A DNA stretch of 64,000 nucleotides from a virus. The translations under genes were made by a program, and so were the position numbers. Every line of letters begins with the position of its first letter. The stretch's first letter is position 1. This document shows, one piece after another, positions 45,586 through 54,609 of this stretch. The stretch lies in the IMG/VR virus record IMGVR_UViG_3300018022_000003, positions 1-64,000 of that record; one strand, written 5' to 3'. Below the pieces are notes generated by a model. That model did not search any database and was not told the DNA's origin. It was given only the letters and a program-made list of their open reading frames with translations.

Positions 45586-47034
45586 GTGCTGACGGTGCAG
45601 ATAAAGGGCGGCCTCGGCAACCAGATGTTCCAGTACTCCGCTGGCCTGGCCCTGGCCCGCCGCCTCGGGACGGACCTGCGGCTGGGCATAGACTGGTACA
45701 GGGAGCACCCGTGGCGGCTGCCTGGCGGAAGGACGCTCCCCAGCCTCCAGTATGCCCTCGACCAGTGGGAGGGCGTCACCCAGCCGAGGGCCGAGGGAGC
45801 CGTCCCTACCGTATCCGAAGGCCGTCCCGGCTACGACCGGGGCCTGGACGAAAGGGTCCGGGACGGGGACTGCCTGGACGGCTACTGGCAGTCCGAGAGG
45901 TACTTCAGGGGGATAAGGCAGGAGCTAACAGGCGTCTTCCGCCCCAGGCAGCCCATCGCCAGAAGGACCGCCAGCCTGCTCCAGGATATCTCCGAGAAGG
46001 GTCCCCGGAGCGCATTCCTCTGCGTACGCCGTGGATTCGCCGGGACGGACCTCGAACTCCCAACGGAATACTACCTTGAGGCCTGCGGGAAAGTGGCGGA
46101 GCACACCCCGGACCCGCACTTCTTCGTATTCTCCGACGACCCCGAGTGGTGCAAGAGGGACTTCCGAATCCCCTACGGGTTCTCCGTGGTAGAGGGGGAG
46201 GATACCACCCCGCTGAGCGTCTGGCAGGGGTGGTACTTCCCGTTTGCGGCGGAGGACGTGTGGGCGATGAGCAGGTGCCGACACGGCGTCCTGGCGGCCA
46301 GCTCCTTCCCCTGGTGGGGGGCATGGCTCAGCCCGCTCCCCTACGGCGAGCGTGTCGTGGCCGTCCCCGGCCGGCGGCTCTTCGGCACCGAGGTGCCGAA
46401 GGGATGGGCCAGGGTAGGGGAGACGAGGGCGGACCTGTGCCAGCTTGCCACCAAGTGGCGGAGCGACAAGGACCCCTCGGTCCTCCACGGGTATACCCCC
46501 TACTACCATGCGCTCCTCGGGAAGAAGGACGTCAGGAAGATGCTGGAGGTCGGCATCGGATGCCCCGACAACATGGAGCACGTGGAGGGCTACTATACTG
46601 TCGGCTCCAACCTCTTCATGTGGCAGGAGTACTTCCCGGACGCAGAAATCTACGGCCTGGACATAAGGCCGGACATCCTGGTGAACGAGGAGAGGATAAG
46701 GTCCTTCCAGTGCGACCAGGGGGACGAGGGGTCCCTGCGCAGGGCAGCGGAATGGGCGGGCAGCGGCTTCGACCTGGTGATAGACGACGGCTCGCACATG
46801 GCGGAGCACCAAGTCCTGACCGCCAGCGTCCTGATTCCCCTCCTGCTGGAGCCTGACGGAATCTATGTAATCGAGGACGTGCTGGAGCCGGAAAAGGTAG
46901 TCTCCCACCTTCCCTACAAGTGCGAGGTCAAGGAGTTCAACACCGTAGCCTCTCCTTACGACAGGCTGATAGTGATACACGGGCCCCAGAGCAGGGCCTC
47001 CTCCACCATCCCCAAGACTCCCCCCGAAACCTAG
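45586..47034 (+). CDS. GT11 alpha-1,2-fucosyltransferase-like domain fused to a class I SAM-dependent O-methyltransferase
   Basis: GGLGNQMFQY, GYWQSERYF, FVFSDDPEWC, SSFPWWGAWL; then MLEVGIG, YGLDI, DLVIDDGSH, GIYVIED. Confidence 0.85.
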   Translation: MLTVQIKGGLGNQMFQYSAGLALARRLGTDLRLGIDWYREHPWRLPGGRTLPSLQYALDQWEGVTQPRAEGAVPTVSEGRPGYDRGLDERVRDGDCLDGYWQSERYFRGIRQELTGVFRPRQPIARRTASLLQDISEKGPRSAFLCVRRGFAGTDLELPTEYYLEACGKVAEHTPDPHFFVFSDDPEWCKRDFRIPYGFSVVEGEDTTPLSVWQGWYFPFAAEDVWAMSRCRHGVLAASSFPWWGAWLSPLPYGERVVAVPGRRLFGTEVPKGWARVGETRADLCQLATKWRSDKDPSVLHGYTPYYHALLGKKDVRKMLEVGIGCPDNMEHVEGYYTVGSNLFMWQEYFPDAEIYGLDIRPDILVNEERIRSFQCDQGDEGSLRRAAEWAGSGFDLVIDDGSHMAEHQVLTASVLIPLLLEPDGIYVIEDVLEPEKVVSHLPYKCEVKEFNTVASPYDRLIVIHGPQSRASSTIPKTPPET

Positions 47035-47106
47035 TATTCTCTCCCATGGGCAGGAAGGACGAGTACGGCTGCGGCCACCCTTGCCTCGCCCACAGGAGGG
47101 GCTAGG

Positions 47107-47781
47107 ATGATAGAGATAAAGGCTTTCGAGGAGGGCAGGGAGGTGCCGGTCCCCTGTTATACCGCCAGGGTGCTGGCGGAGGTGCTCTCCGAGCGCAGCT
47201 ACCAGAACAAGACCTGGGGCACGGCGTTCGACGACAAGAACACCCTGAACGACTGGGTGGCCTATGCGGTCATCTACCTGGGGCAGGCGGCCAGGATGAA
47301 GGCCCCCCCGGACGAGCAGAGGAAGGGCATCCTCAAGGCGGCCACGCTGCTGGTGGGGGGGATAGAGGCCTTCGACCGCAACAACAACAGCTTCGCCCCC
47401 AGGCACTACGACCCGGAGAACCCCGGCATGACCGTGGCGGCCGACCCGTCCAGGGGGCGGACAAGGGCATGGCAGCGACCCGAAGGCCCTGCCAGGGGAG
47501 GCAGCAGCGCCCCTGAGGCCGGGGGAGTCCAGGGTCCTCTACACCAAGCCCTGCCCCCCGCACATGTACTCCCACCCCAACTCCTACTTCATCCTCAAGC
47601 GTGCCGCCAGGAGGCTGGTGGAGAACGACTTCGGCCTGATGTGGGAGAACGACTGGTACTTCGACTCCTGCATCGAGGCCATACGGAAGCTCCGGGACAC
47701 CGCCAGGCTGTTCCCGGCCAAGCCCTGGAAGAGGTGGGAGCAGGAGCGGATGGGGGACGTCCTGGAGATATGCTGCCCTAG
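47107..47781 (+). CDS. MazG-like nucleotide pyrophosphatase (3' part probably out of frame)
   Basis: EVLSERSYQNKTWG...DW.AY..YLGQA...LKAATL..GIEA resembles all-alpha NTP-PPases; codon bias shifts frame near 47450. Confidence 0.45.
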   Translation: MIEIKAFEEGREVPVPCYTARVLAEVLSERSYQNKTWGTAFDDKNTLNDWVAYAVIYLGQAARMKAPPDEQRKGILKAATLLVGGIEAFDRNNNSFAPRHYDPENPGMTVAADPSRGRTRAWQRPEGPARGGSSAPEAGGVQGPLHQALPPAHVLPPQLLLHPQACRQEAGGERLRPDVGERLVLRLLHRGHTEAPGHRQAVPGQALEEVGAGADGGRPGDMLP

Positions 47782-47923
47782 CTGCCAGACGGTATTCCAG
47801 TGGGAGGGGCACTTCTATGCCCCCCAGTGCCCTGGGTGCAAGCACTGGCTGAACGAGAGGCCACGCAAAGAAGACGGGCCTTGCATCGGGGTCGAACTGC
47901 TAGGAAAGAACGGGGGGGCCTAA
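47564..47923 (+). CDS. Hypothetical protein with C-terminal zinc ribbon
   Basis: CPSC...CPGC; the frame stays open upstream to 47432. Confidence 0.55.
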   Translation: MYSHPNSYFILKRAARRLVENDFGLMWENDWYFDSCIEAIRKLRDTARLFPAKPWKRWEQERMGDVLEICCPSCQTVFQWEGHFYAPQCPGCKHWLNERPRKEDGPCIGVELLGKNGGA

Positions 47924-47924
47924 G

Positions 47925-48503
47925 GTGGGCGTGCTAGCAGGCGGGGAGTTCCGGGAGAGGGACTACAAGGAATGCGACCCGGTAGGCAAAAAGTGGTTAG
48001 AGGAGCTTCTTGCCCAGCGTGGCATGGAAGCGCACACACTGGCTGGCGAGGCGTTCAAGGATGGTGACGTAGAGTTCTACCCGGCCAGTGGGAAGAGGGA
48101 GACGGCCGACGCTGAGGTCAGGAAGGACGGGTATATCTGGGCGAAGCGGGCCGACGGCCATCCCGTCTTCCACTTCTATACATTCTCCATCTGGGACCGC
48201 AGGAAGGACTCGAAGACCGTCATCCAGGTGAGCTTCTCCCATGACGGGCTGAATGCCTATGCTGCCCTGACGGGAGACATCGAGAGGGGGGAGTTCTGGC
48301 TGGGCGACACGACCCGTGGGGAGGACTCGAAGTATAACCTTCCTCCCAGCCTCGTGCTCGTCCTCCACAGGGAATCCCTGTACCATCCCTGGGGCCTGTG
48401 CAGCGGGGCCTGCTGGAAGGATAGGGCTTGCGAGGGCGAGGTCCCCAACCCCAGCCTGTATTCTCTCCTTGGCATCCTGAACTTCCCCCTGGAGGCGCTG
48501 TGA
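47925..48503 (+). CDS. Hypothetical protein (192 aa)
   Basis: Fills the gap between neighbours; coupled to the next gene. Confidence 0.55.
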   Translation: MGVLAGGEFRERDYKECDPVGKKWLEELLAQRGMEAHTLAGEAFKDGDVEFYPASGKRETADAEVRKDGYIWAKRADGHPVFHFYTFSIWDRRKDSKTVIQVSFSHDGLNAYAALTGDIERGEFWLGDTTRGEDSKYNLPPSLVLVLHRESLYHPWGLCSGACWKDRACEGEVPNPSLYSLLGILNFPLEAL

Positions 48504-49102
48504 GGCCCGGCACCAAGAGCCTGCTGTTCGGCGAGCACCAGTTCCTCCTCCATCCCCTGTACGTTGCCTGGGCATGGCGGCACCTGTTCGGCTTCCCGTG
48601 GGACCCCCGCCTGTGGCTCTGCTTCCTGGTCCACGACTGGGGCTACTGGGGAAGGGAGGACATGGACGGCGAGAGCGGCAGGGAGCACCCCGAGTGCGGG
48701 GCCAGGCTGGCCCACCGCCTGCTCGACGTGGTGGAGTCCTCCGAGTTCGACTGGCATGTCTCCTGGCAGCACGTGTGGTACGACTTCTGCCTCTACCACT
48801 CCCGCTACCTCGCCGAGAGGGCCGGGCACCCGGTCTCCCGCCTGGCCCTTGCCGACAAGATGTCGTTCGTCCTGATGCCCTGGTGGATATACCTTCCCCT
48901 GGCATGGCTGTCAGGCTCCCTCAGGGAGTATATGGCCAACGGCAGGAGGATGGGGGAGCCTACGGTCGGGTGCAGGGAGTGGCACAGGGCGCTGCGGGAC
49001 AAGACGCTGGAGTGGATAGCCCGTACCTTCGGCAGCCCCGCCCCTGTCAACGGCTACTTCTGGAGCTGGAAGAGGTGCAACGATGGCGGTACGGTTGACT
49101 AA
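48500..49102 (+). CDS. HD-domain phosphohydrolase-like protein
   Basis: H...LVHDWG...EHPECGA...YHS...LADK; GTG 48500 with GGAGG RBS. Confidence 0.65.
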   Translation: MRPGTKSLLFGEHQFLLHPLYVAWAWRHLFGFPWDPRLWLCFLVHDWGYWGREDMDGESGREHPECGARLAHRLLDVVESSEFDWHVSWQHVWYDFCLYHSRYLAERAGHPVSRLALADKMSFVLMPWWIYLPLAWLSGSLREYMANGRRMGEPTVGCREWHRALRDKTLEWIARTFGSPAPVNGYFWSWKRCNDGGTVD

Positions 49103-49201
49103 GGCCGCCAGGGAGAGGCTGTGGAAGGAGTTCCTGGAGCGCCTGGAGAGGCTCAGGCACCAGGGCAAGCGGCCTCCCATCAAGAGGAGGTGGCATTCAA
49201 G

Positions 49202-49432
49202 ATGGCGGTAAGGGTCACTATACGGATAGACGCCAGCAAGGTCGTCCAGGTCACGGAGGACCACGGCGGGTTCCTGGCGGGAAAGTGCTTCGCCTGCGGA
49301 GCCTCGGGCTGGCTTGAAGGGCGGGGGTACCCGCACCGGGCCAAGGACGTCCCCGGCTCCCACCTGAGGCACGGGGCCTCCTGCCCCATGAACAGGGCCT
49401 TGAACAATGATGGCAGCCTGAGGCAGTCATAG
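49202..49432 (+). CDS. Small hypothetical zinc-binding protein
   Basis: CFAC...H...C; GAGGAGG upstream. Confidence 0.45.
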   Translation: MAVRVTIRIDASKVVQVTEDHGGFLAGKCFACGASGWLEGRGYPHRAKDVPGSHLRHGASCPMNRALNNDGSLRQS

Positions 49433-49442
49433 TCACTGACAC

Positions 49443-49802
49443 ATGCGCTACGAGGTCCCGGGAGCAGGCTACTACGAGAGGGCCCACAACGATGCCGACA
49501 AACAGGTGAACGCCGAGCTGATACGGCAACTCCTGTACTTCAACCTCGGGCACCCAAGGGGCGACGACCTGTGGGTGCTGTTGGGCAACGACTTTTCTCT
49601 CCATCCCCTTGGACAGGAGGGCCTGAAGAACGCAACCAACCTCCTGCTGGGCAGGGCACCAAGGAACATGGCCTGCGGCTGGGCGCTGCGCATGCTCTAC
49701 AGGCTCCTGACGGTCGGCGTAGGCTCGTTCCAGCGCAACATGCTGTGGACCCTTACCCTGCCCGAGCGCTGCCGCAGGGCATGGTGGCGCATAGTATTCT
49801 AG
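49443..49802 (+). CDS. Hypothetical protein (119 aa)
   Basis: GC3-rich ORF in the operon. Confidence 0.55.
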   Translation: MRYEVPGAGYYERAHNDADKQVNAELIRQLLYFNLGHPRGDDLWVLLGNDFSLHPLGQEGLKNATNLLLGRAPRNMACGWALRMLYRLLTVGVGSFQRNMLWTLTLPERCRRAWWRIVF

Positions 49803-49807
49803 GGTAT

Positions 49808-51769
49808 ATGATGACAGGATTCGACTTCCTGAACGAGGAGCAGCTAAGGGCGGTAGCCCACCCGATGGGCAGGCCAGCCTGCCTCATTGCCGGGGCAGGG
49901 TCAGGCAAGACCGCCACCATCACGGCAAGGGTGGCCTGGCTGATGGAGAACGATGTCCCCCCCTTCCGCATCTGCTGCATCACCTTCACCAACAAGGCGG
50001 CCGGCGAGATAGCCCGCAGGGTAGGGCTGGCGGACTCCGCTCCCGCAGAGTCCAGGCCCCATATATCGACCATCCACTCCCTGGCCCTCAACGCCATCCG
50101 CAGGGACCCCGAGGGCTTCGGGTTCGAGGGGAAGGTCACCCCCATGGACGACTACGACCAGGCGCAGATGTGCAAGAAGCTCATCGAGCGCATGCCCCAG
50201 GAGATGGGCATGGAGATGAACGCTTACCGCTTCCTGGAGAAGCTGGCCTACCACCGTGCCCGTGGGGTAGGGTTCTCGGACGGCTATACCGAGGAGGTCC
50301 ACGAGGAGGCCCTGGAGCACCACAAGGGGTACCATGCCCTGGAGGACTGGGAGGCAAGGCTCTGGAGGCTGTTCGAGGAGGAGAAGCGCAAGTGCGGCAC
50401 GGTGGACTTCGACGACATGATTCACCTGGTGGTACGCCGAGGTGAGGCCGAGGATGCCTGGAGGGCCGCCCTCCAGCGGCGTTTCCACCACGTCCTCCAG
50501 GACGAGAGCCAGGACACCAGCCCCGTGCAGTGGAGGTTCGTCAACCTCCTGCTCGGGGACGACAATCCCAACCTCTACTGCGTCGGCGACCTGGCGCAGA
50601 GCATCTATGCCTTCCAGGGGGCCGAGCCACGCCTGCTCAAGGAGTTCAGCGAGGGCTGGCGGGGGCACGTGCCGGACCTCTACCGCATATCCCGCAACCA
50701 CCGCAGCCTGCCCTCCATCATCAGGCTGAGCAACAAGATTAACGCCGCCATGACGGAGGTCATCCCGCTCAGGATGATGCCCTTCCGGGGCCTCGGGCCG
50801 GACGGCGGGGAGGCGGAGTCGGGGCTTACCAGGATAATCAGGTCCAGCATGCCCTCTGACATAGCCGCCGTCATAGCCAAGGAGATACAGCACGACAGCC
50901 AGCTCAAGAAGGCCCCCCTGGAGTACAGGGACAACGCCATCCTGGTGCGCAGCGCCATCCAGGTGAGGGACGTGGAGGGGGCGCTGGTGAGGCTCCGCAT
51001 CCCCTACATAGTCCGGGGCGGCAGGGGCCTCCTCCAGACGGAGGAGGTGAAGGACATCCTCTCCTACTTCAGGCTGGCCGTCAACCACAAGGACTTCCCG
51101 GCCTTCGTGCGTGCCGTGGGGGTCCCGAAGAGGGGCATCGGGGACGTGGCCATCGAGAGGCTCCGCAGCCAGGCCAGCGAGGAGCACGGCGGGGACCTGG
51201 TCGAGGCATGCACCTCCATGGACAAGCTGGACGTGTTCTACAGCAACATGTCCCAGGTCACGGCCATGCTGGACGACCCGGCCGCCGCCATGGAGGCCCT
51301 GGTCAGGCTGTTCGGGTACAAGGACTACATCTCCGGCAAGTACCGCCGTGAGGAGAGCAAGGCGAGGGCCAAGCACGAGAACATAGACCGCTTCCTCTCC
51401 CTGGTGCGGTCCCTTGCGGACGAGGGGAGGACCTCCGAGGACCTGGTGTTCCACCTTGCCATGGACAGGCCCTCCGACGACGGGGAGGAGGAGGATAAGG
51501 GGGCGGTCACCGTCTCCACCATCCACAGCGCCAAGGGGCTGGAGTGGCGGCGGGTGTATATTACCAATGTGACGGAGGGGTCGCTCCCCCATAGGTTCAG
51601 CATGGGGAGCCCGTCCGAGGTAGAGGAGGAGCGTCGGCTGTTCTACGTCGCCTGCACGAGGGCGAAGGACAGCCTTGCCATATGCGTGCATTCCCTGGAG
51701 CCCCGTGGGCCCAACACCCTCTCGGTGGCCCCGAGCAGGTTCCTGGGGGAGGTGGGCATAAGGACCTAG
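49808..51769 (+). CDS. uvrD: UvrD/PcrA/Rep superfamily 1 helicase
   Basis: LNEEQ, AGAGSGKT, TFTNKAA, VLQDESQD, VGDLAQSIYAFQGA, NHRS, STIHSAKGLE, EERRLFYVACTRAK. Confidence 0.95.
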   Translation: MMTGFDFLNEEQLRAVAHPMGRPACLIAGAGSGKTATITARVAWLMENDVPPFRICCITFTNKAAGEIARRVGLADSAPAESRPHISTIHSLALNAIRRDPEGFGFEGKVTPMDDYDQAQMCKKLIERMPQEMGMEMNAYRFLEKLAYHRARGVGFSDGYTEEVHEEALEHHKGYHALEDWEARLWRLFEEEKRKCGTVDFDDMIHLVVRRGEAEDAWRAALQRRFHHVLQDESQDTSPVQWRFVNLLLGDDNPNLYCVGDLAQSIYAFQGAEPRLLKEFSEGWRGHVPDLYRISRNHRSLPSIIRLSNKINAAMTEVIPLRMMPFRGLGPDGGEAESGLTRIIRSSMPSDIAAVIAKEIQHDSQLKKAPLEYRDNAILVRSAIQVRDVEGALVRLRIPYIVRGGRGLLQTEEVKDILSYFRLAVNHKDFPAFVRAVGVPKRGIGDVAIERLRSQASEEHGGDLVEACTSMDKLDVFYSNMSQVTAMLDDPAAAMEALVRLFGYKDYISGKYRREESKARAKHENIDRFLSLVRSLADEGRTSEDLVFHLAMDRPSDDGEEEDKGAVTVSTIHSAKGLEWRRVYITNVTEGSLPHRFSMGSPSEVEEERRLFYVACTRAKDSLAICVHSLEPRGPNTLSVAPSRFLGEVGIRT

Positions 51770-51779
51770 GGAGGCAAAG

Positions 51780-52145
51780 ATGACGGAACTGCCGGGACCA
51801 GGGATACCTGAACGGGTACCTAACCGGGAAAGTCGAACACAGGAAAGCGGGGGTAAGGTGAGGCCATACGAGGAGTTCTGGGAGCTGGTGGTCGTAAGAC
51901 GTGAGGGATGCCAGGAATGCTATACTGCGTACGACCACGAGGCCCTCAGGCAGGCGTTCGTCAGCGAGGAGGCGGCCAGGGACCGTGCCGAGGAGGACAA
52001 CAAGGGCAGGCTCGGAGAGGCCCATACCCCCATCAGGTGGAGGGGCGACCACCACGGCGGGGTCCGGAGCATCGAAAGCCCCGATGGCCAGGTGGACTAC
52101 TACGTGTTCCCCCGTACTGTGTTCCAGAGGGTGGTGCGGGCATGA
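51780..52145 (+). CDS. Hypothetical protein (121 aa)
   Basis: GGGAGG RBS; coupled to the next gene. Confidence 0.5.
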   Translation: MTELPGPGIPERVPNRESRTQESGGKVRPYEEFWELVVVRREGCQECYTAYDHEALRQAFVSEEAARDRAEEDNKGRLGEAHTPIRWRGDHHGGVRSIESPDGQVDYYVFPRTVFQRVVRA

Positions 52146-52459
52146 AGGACATGGTTCCCTGCTACCAGTGCGGCGGGCAGAGAGAGCACGACCTGCGGAC
52201 GGGCGAGGTCCTCCCCTGCGACGTGTGCGGGGAGAGGCTCTGCGAGGCATGCGGGGCGGGCAACCACTGGAGGTGCGTGGGGCACTTCTGCGAGTGCAAG
52301 GCCCCGGAGTGCAGGAGGATGCGGGACACCCATGTGGTATGCCCTGGCTGCAAGGAGGGGAGGCACAAGGAGTGCCTCGGGCACAGGTGCCACTGCATCC
52401 ACTGCTCGTGGCAGGACCCCGACTGCCCTGAGTGCTGGAGGGCCAAGCATGCGCCCTGA
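52142..52459 (+). CDS. Very Cys-rich multi-zinc-finger protein (105 aa)
   Basis: 18 Cys in CxxC/CxC clusters; ATGA coupling. Confidence 0.6.
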   Translation: MKDMVPCYQCGGQREHDLRTGEVLPCDVCGERLCEACGAGNHWRCVGHFCECKAPECRRMRDTHVVCPGCKEGRHKECLGHRCHCIHCSWQDPDCPECWRAKHAP

Positions 52460-52904
52460 CCTGTTCCCGTCCATCCTCCTCGGCCACATGGTGGGGGACT
52501 ACCTCCTCCAGAACAACTGGATGGCGATGAACAAGGGCGGCAGCACCCTCAAGTGCGCCGTCCACTGCCTCATCTACACATGGGCCGTGGACATCTTTAC
52601 CTACCCCTTCTTCCACCATGACTGGCGGTGGCTGGCCCTGGTCTTCCTGAGCCACTTCCCCATCGACAGGTGGAGCCTGGCGGACAAGTGGCTCAGGCAC
52701 ATAGGCGGCAGGTCCATGACCAGGTTCATGGCCGACGGGCACAAGAACATCCCGGCCGAGGCCGAGGGGGAGGCGAGCGAGTACCGGAACTACCATGCCC
52801 TGCGGGCAGGGTTCACCAGCCTCGTATACGCCGCCGCCGACAACACGATGCACCTCGTAATCCTGTACTACAGCGCCCTGCTCCTGCTGGGCAGTAATAG
52901 CTAG
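52449..52904 (+). CDS. DUF3307-like membrane protein
   Basis: LLGHMVGDYLLQ, VHCLIY, SHFPID, ADNTMH. Confidence 0.75.
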   Translation: MRPDLFPSILLGHMVGDYLLQNNWMAMNKGGSTLKCAVHCLIYTWAVDIFTYPFFHHDWRWLALVFLSHFPIDRWSLADKWLRHIGGRSMTRFMADGHKNIPAEAEGEASEYRNYHALRAGFTSLVYAAADNTMHLVILYYSALLLLGSNS

Positions 52905-52906
52905 GC

Positions 52907-53767
52907 ATGACCCACGGCTCGCTGTTCTCCGGCATAGGCGGCTTTGACCTCGGGTTCGAGCGTGCAGGGATAGGGACGTCCTGGCAGGTGGAGAACAGCC
53001 CGTCTGCTACGAGGGTCCTGGAGTCCCATTGGCCGGAAGTGAAGAGGTATGGCGATATACGTGGATGCGGACGGCACAATCTTGCCCCTGTTGACCTCGT
53101 CAGCGGGGGGTTCCCCTGCCAGGACCTCAGCACCAGCCAGAACGGAAGGAGATGGGGCCTTGCCGGGGAGCGCTCCGGGCTGTTCTTCGAGGCTGCAAGG
53201 GTTATTGAGGAGCTTAGGCCTCGATGGTTTGTTCTTGAGAACGTCAGAGGGCTCTTCTCTTCGCATGAGGGTGAGGACTTCGACGTCGTCGTCTCGGCGC
53301 TGGCAGAACTCGGGTATTGCGTGGCTTGGAGAACGCTGGATAGCCAATACTTCGGCGTCCCCCAGCACAGGGAGCGGGTGTACGTTGTTGGCGGCCTTGG
53401 ACACGGGGGCCCCGTCCTCGTACTTTTTGAGGGACTCCCGAAGGCTGAACCGGGTAATGCTGGAGAGGCACCTCCACAAGCCGTGGTGCCAGTGGCTATT
53501 AACCCATATCAGCACGGTTCCAACGGGGTCGGCATCTCTTACGTGGTCCACACCCTCGACTCAAGGCCCGACAGGGTGGTGCTTGCGCCTCTTGACGGAG
53601 GAAGAGTGGGAGGCCCTCCAGGGGTTCCCCGGCGGATGGACGTTGCCCGCACAAGGCTCGTCGGCAATGCCGTGACGGTGAACGTGGCGGAGTGGCTGGG
53701 CCGCAGGATTGCGGCCCTGGACGGGTGTATACTAGGGGGGGAGGAGACACATGTATCCATTCTCTAA
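52907..53767 (+). CDS. dcm: C5 cytosine DNA methyltransferase, alpha subunit (lacks motif IX)
   Basis: SLFSGIGG (I), GGFPCQD (IV), ENV (VI), QHRERVY (VIII), GNAVTVNV (X). Confidence 0.92.
   Translation: MTHGSLFSGIGGFDLGFERAGIGTSWQVENSPSATRVLESHWPEVKRYGDIRGCGRHNLAPVDLVSGGFPCQDLSTSQNGRRWGLAGERSGLFFEAARVIEELRPRWFVLENVRGLFSSHEGEDFDVVVSALAELGYCVAWRTLDSQYFGVPQHRERVYVVGGLGHGGPVLVLFEGLPKAEPGNAGEAPPQAVVPVAINPYQHGSNGVGISYVVHTLDSRPDRVVLAPLDGGRVGGPPGVPRRMDVARTRLVGNAVTVNVAEWLGRRIAALDGCILGGEETHVSIL
53049..53675 (+). CDS. Nested beta subunit of the C5 MTase (alternative frame, carries motif IX)
   Basis: LRLLTEEEWEALQGFPGGWT is motif IX; 208-aa open alternative frame inside the alpha gene, as in M.EcoHK31I. 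Confidence 0.75.
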   Translation: MAIYVDADGTILPLLTSSAGGSPARTSAPARTEGDGALPGSAPGCSSRLQGLLRSLGLDGLFLRTSEGSSLRMRVRTSTSSSRRWQNSGIAWLGERWIANTSASPSTGSGCTLLAALDTGAPSSYFLRDSRRLNRVMLERHLHKPWCQWLLTHISTVPTGSASLTWSTPSTQGPTGWCLRLLTEEEWEALQGFPGGWTLPAQGSSAMP

Positions 53768-54089
53768 GAGGTTCCCAGGTATGTCGGTCGGGGAGTACAG
53801 GGAGATTGGCACCCCCCGGCATATCGCCATTAACCTTCCCGACAACGTGTCCGTAAAGACCTTCGTTACCCCCTCCCATACCTTCCCCGACGAGGGCTAC
53901 TACCTCCAGGCGGTGAAGGGCAAGAGGGCGGGGTGGGGCAACGGCTCCGCCGTCGTCATGTGCAACTGCATCGACGCACTGCTCAAGTTCGGCTCCGTCC
54001 TGGCCGGCATCAAGGCCCCCTGCAAGCATGCCCAGGGGCTAAGGGCGCTGCTCGGCAGGGGGCATGCCTATGCCAGGATAGAGGGCTAG
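53751..54089 (+). CDS. Hypothetical protein (112 aa)
   Basis: GGAGGAG RBS; upstream TATACT. Confidence 0.6.
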   Translation: MYPFSKRFPGMSVGEYREIGTPRHIAINLPDNVSVKTFVTPSHTFPDEGYYLQAVKGKRAGWGNGSAVVMCNCIDALLKFGSVLAGIKAPCKHAQGLRALLGRGHAYARIEG

Positions 54090-54124
54090 AATCCCCCCGC
54101 AGGCCCGTGATTCCGGTGTATACT
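54088..54124 (+). promoter_or_regulatory. Putative phage promoter AGAATCCC-N19-GGTGTATACT
   Basis: Same spacing as 62042-62078; related element at 44341-44377. Confidence 0.45.
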
Positions 54125-54128
54125 TAGT

Positions 54129-54560
54129 GTGAAGGGAGCAGGCGAGCGCTCCCGAGAGATTACAGGCCTCCGCACCGTGCGTCGAGGCCAGGGGAGTCCA
54201 CAAGTGAATAGGAACGGATTTGAGGAGCGGGCTACCGCCCGCCTGGTATGGGACTATTTCCGGCTGGTGCTGCCCACGACCAAGGGCAAGCTGCTTAAGG
54301 GGTACAAGGAGGCATGCGACCGCCTGCGCCCCGGTGCCTCCAGGGTGGTCCGGCTGGTGACCAACGGCGTGGAGGAGGTCGTAGAGGTCAGGTTCGCCTC
54401 CAACACCAAGGCCGGGTTCGTGGAGATGAAGGACTTCTACCACGACCTTATGAAGGCCAGCCCCCCGTGGGCGTTCGTCGCCGGGGAGGAGCCACGGCAC
54501 GAGCCACGTCAGAAGCGCCCAGGGAGGGGAAGGTTCCACCCTAACCCCAGGCCCCGCTAG
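54129..54560 (+). CDS. Hypothetical protein (start uncertain)
   Basis: GC3-rich from about 54230. Confidence 0.5.
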   Translation: MKGAGERSREITGLRTVRRGQGSPQVNRNGFEERATARLVWDYFRLVLPTTKGKLLKGYKEACDRLRPGASRVVRLVTNGVEEVVEVRFASNTKAGFVEMKDFYHDLMKASPPWAFVAGEEPRHEPRQKRPGRGRFHPNPRPR

Positions 54561-54609
54561 GCTTTCCTGGCAGGGCATGCGGTAGCTGGCTCTGCCAGGA
54601 GACACGACT

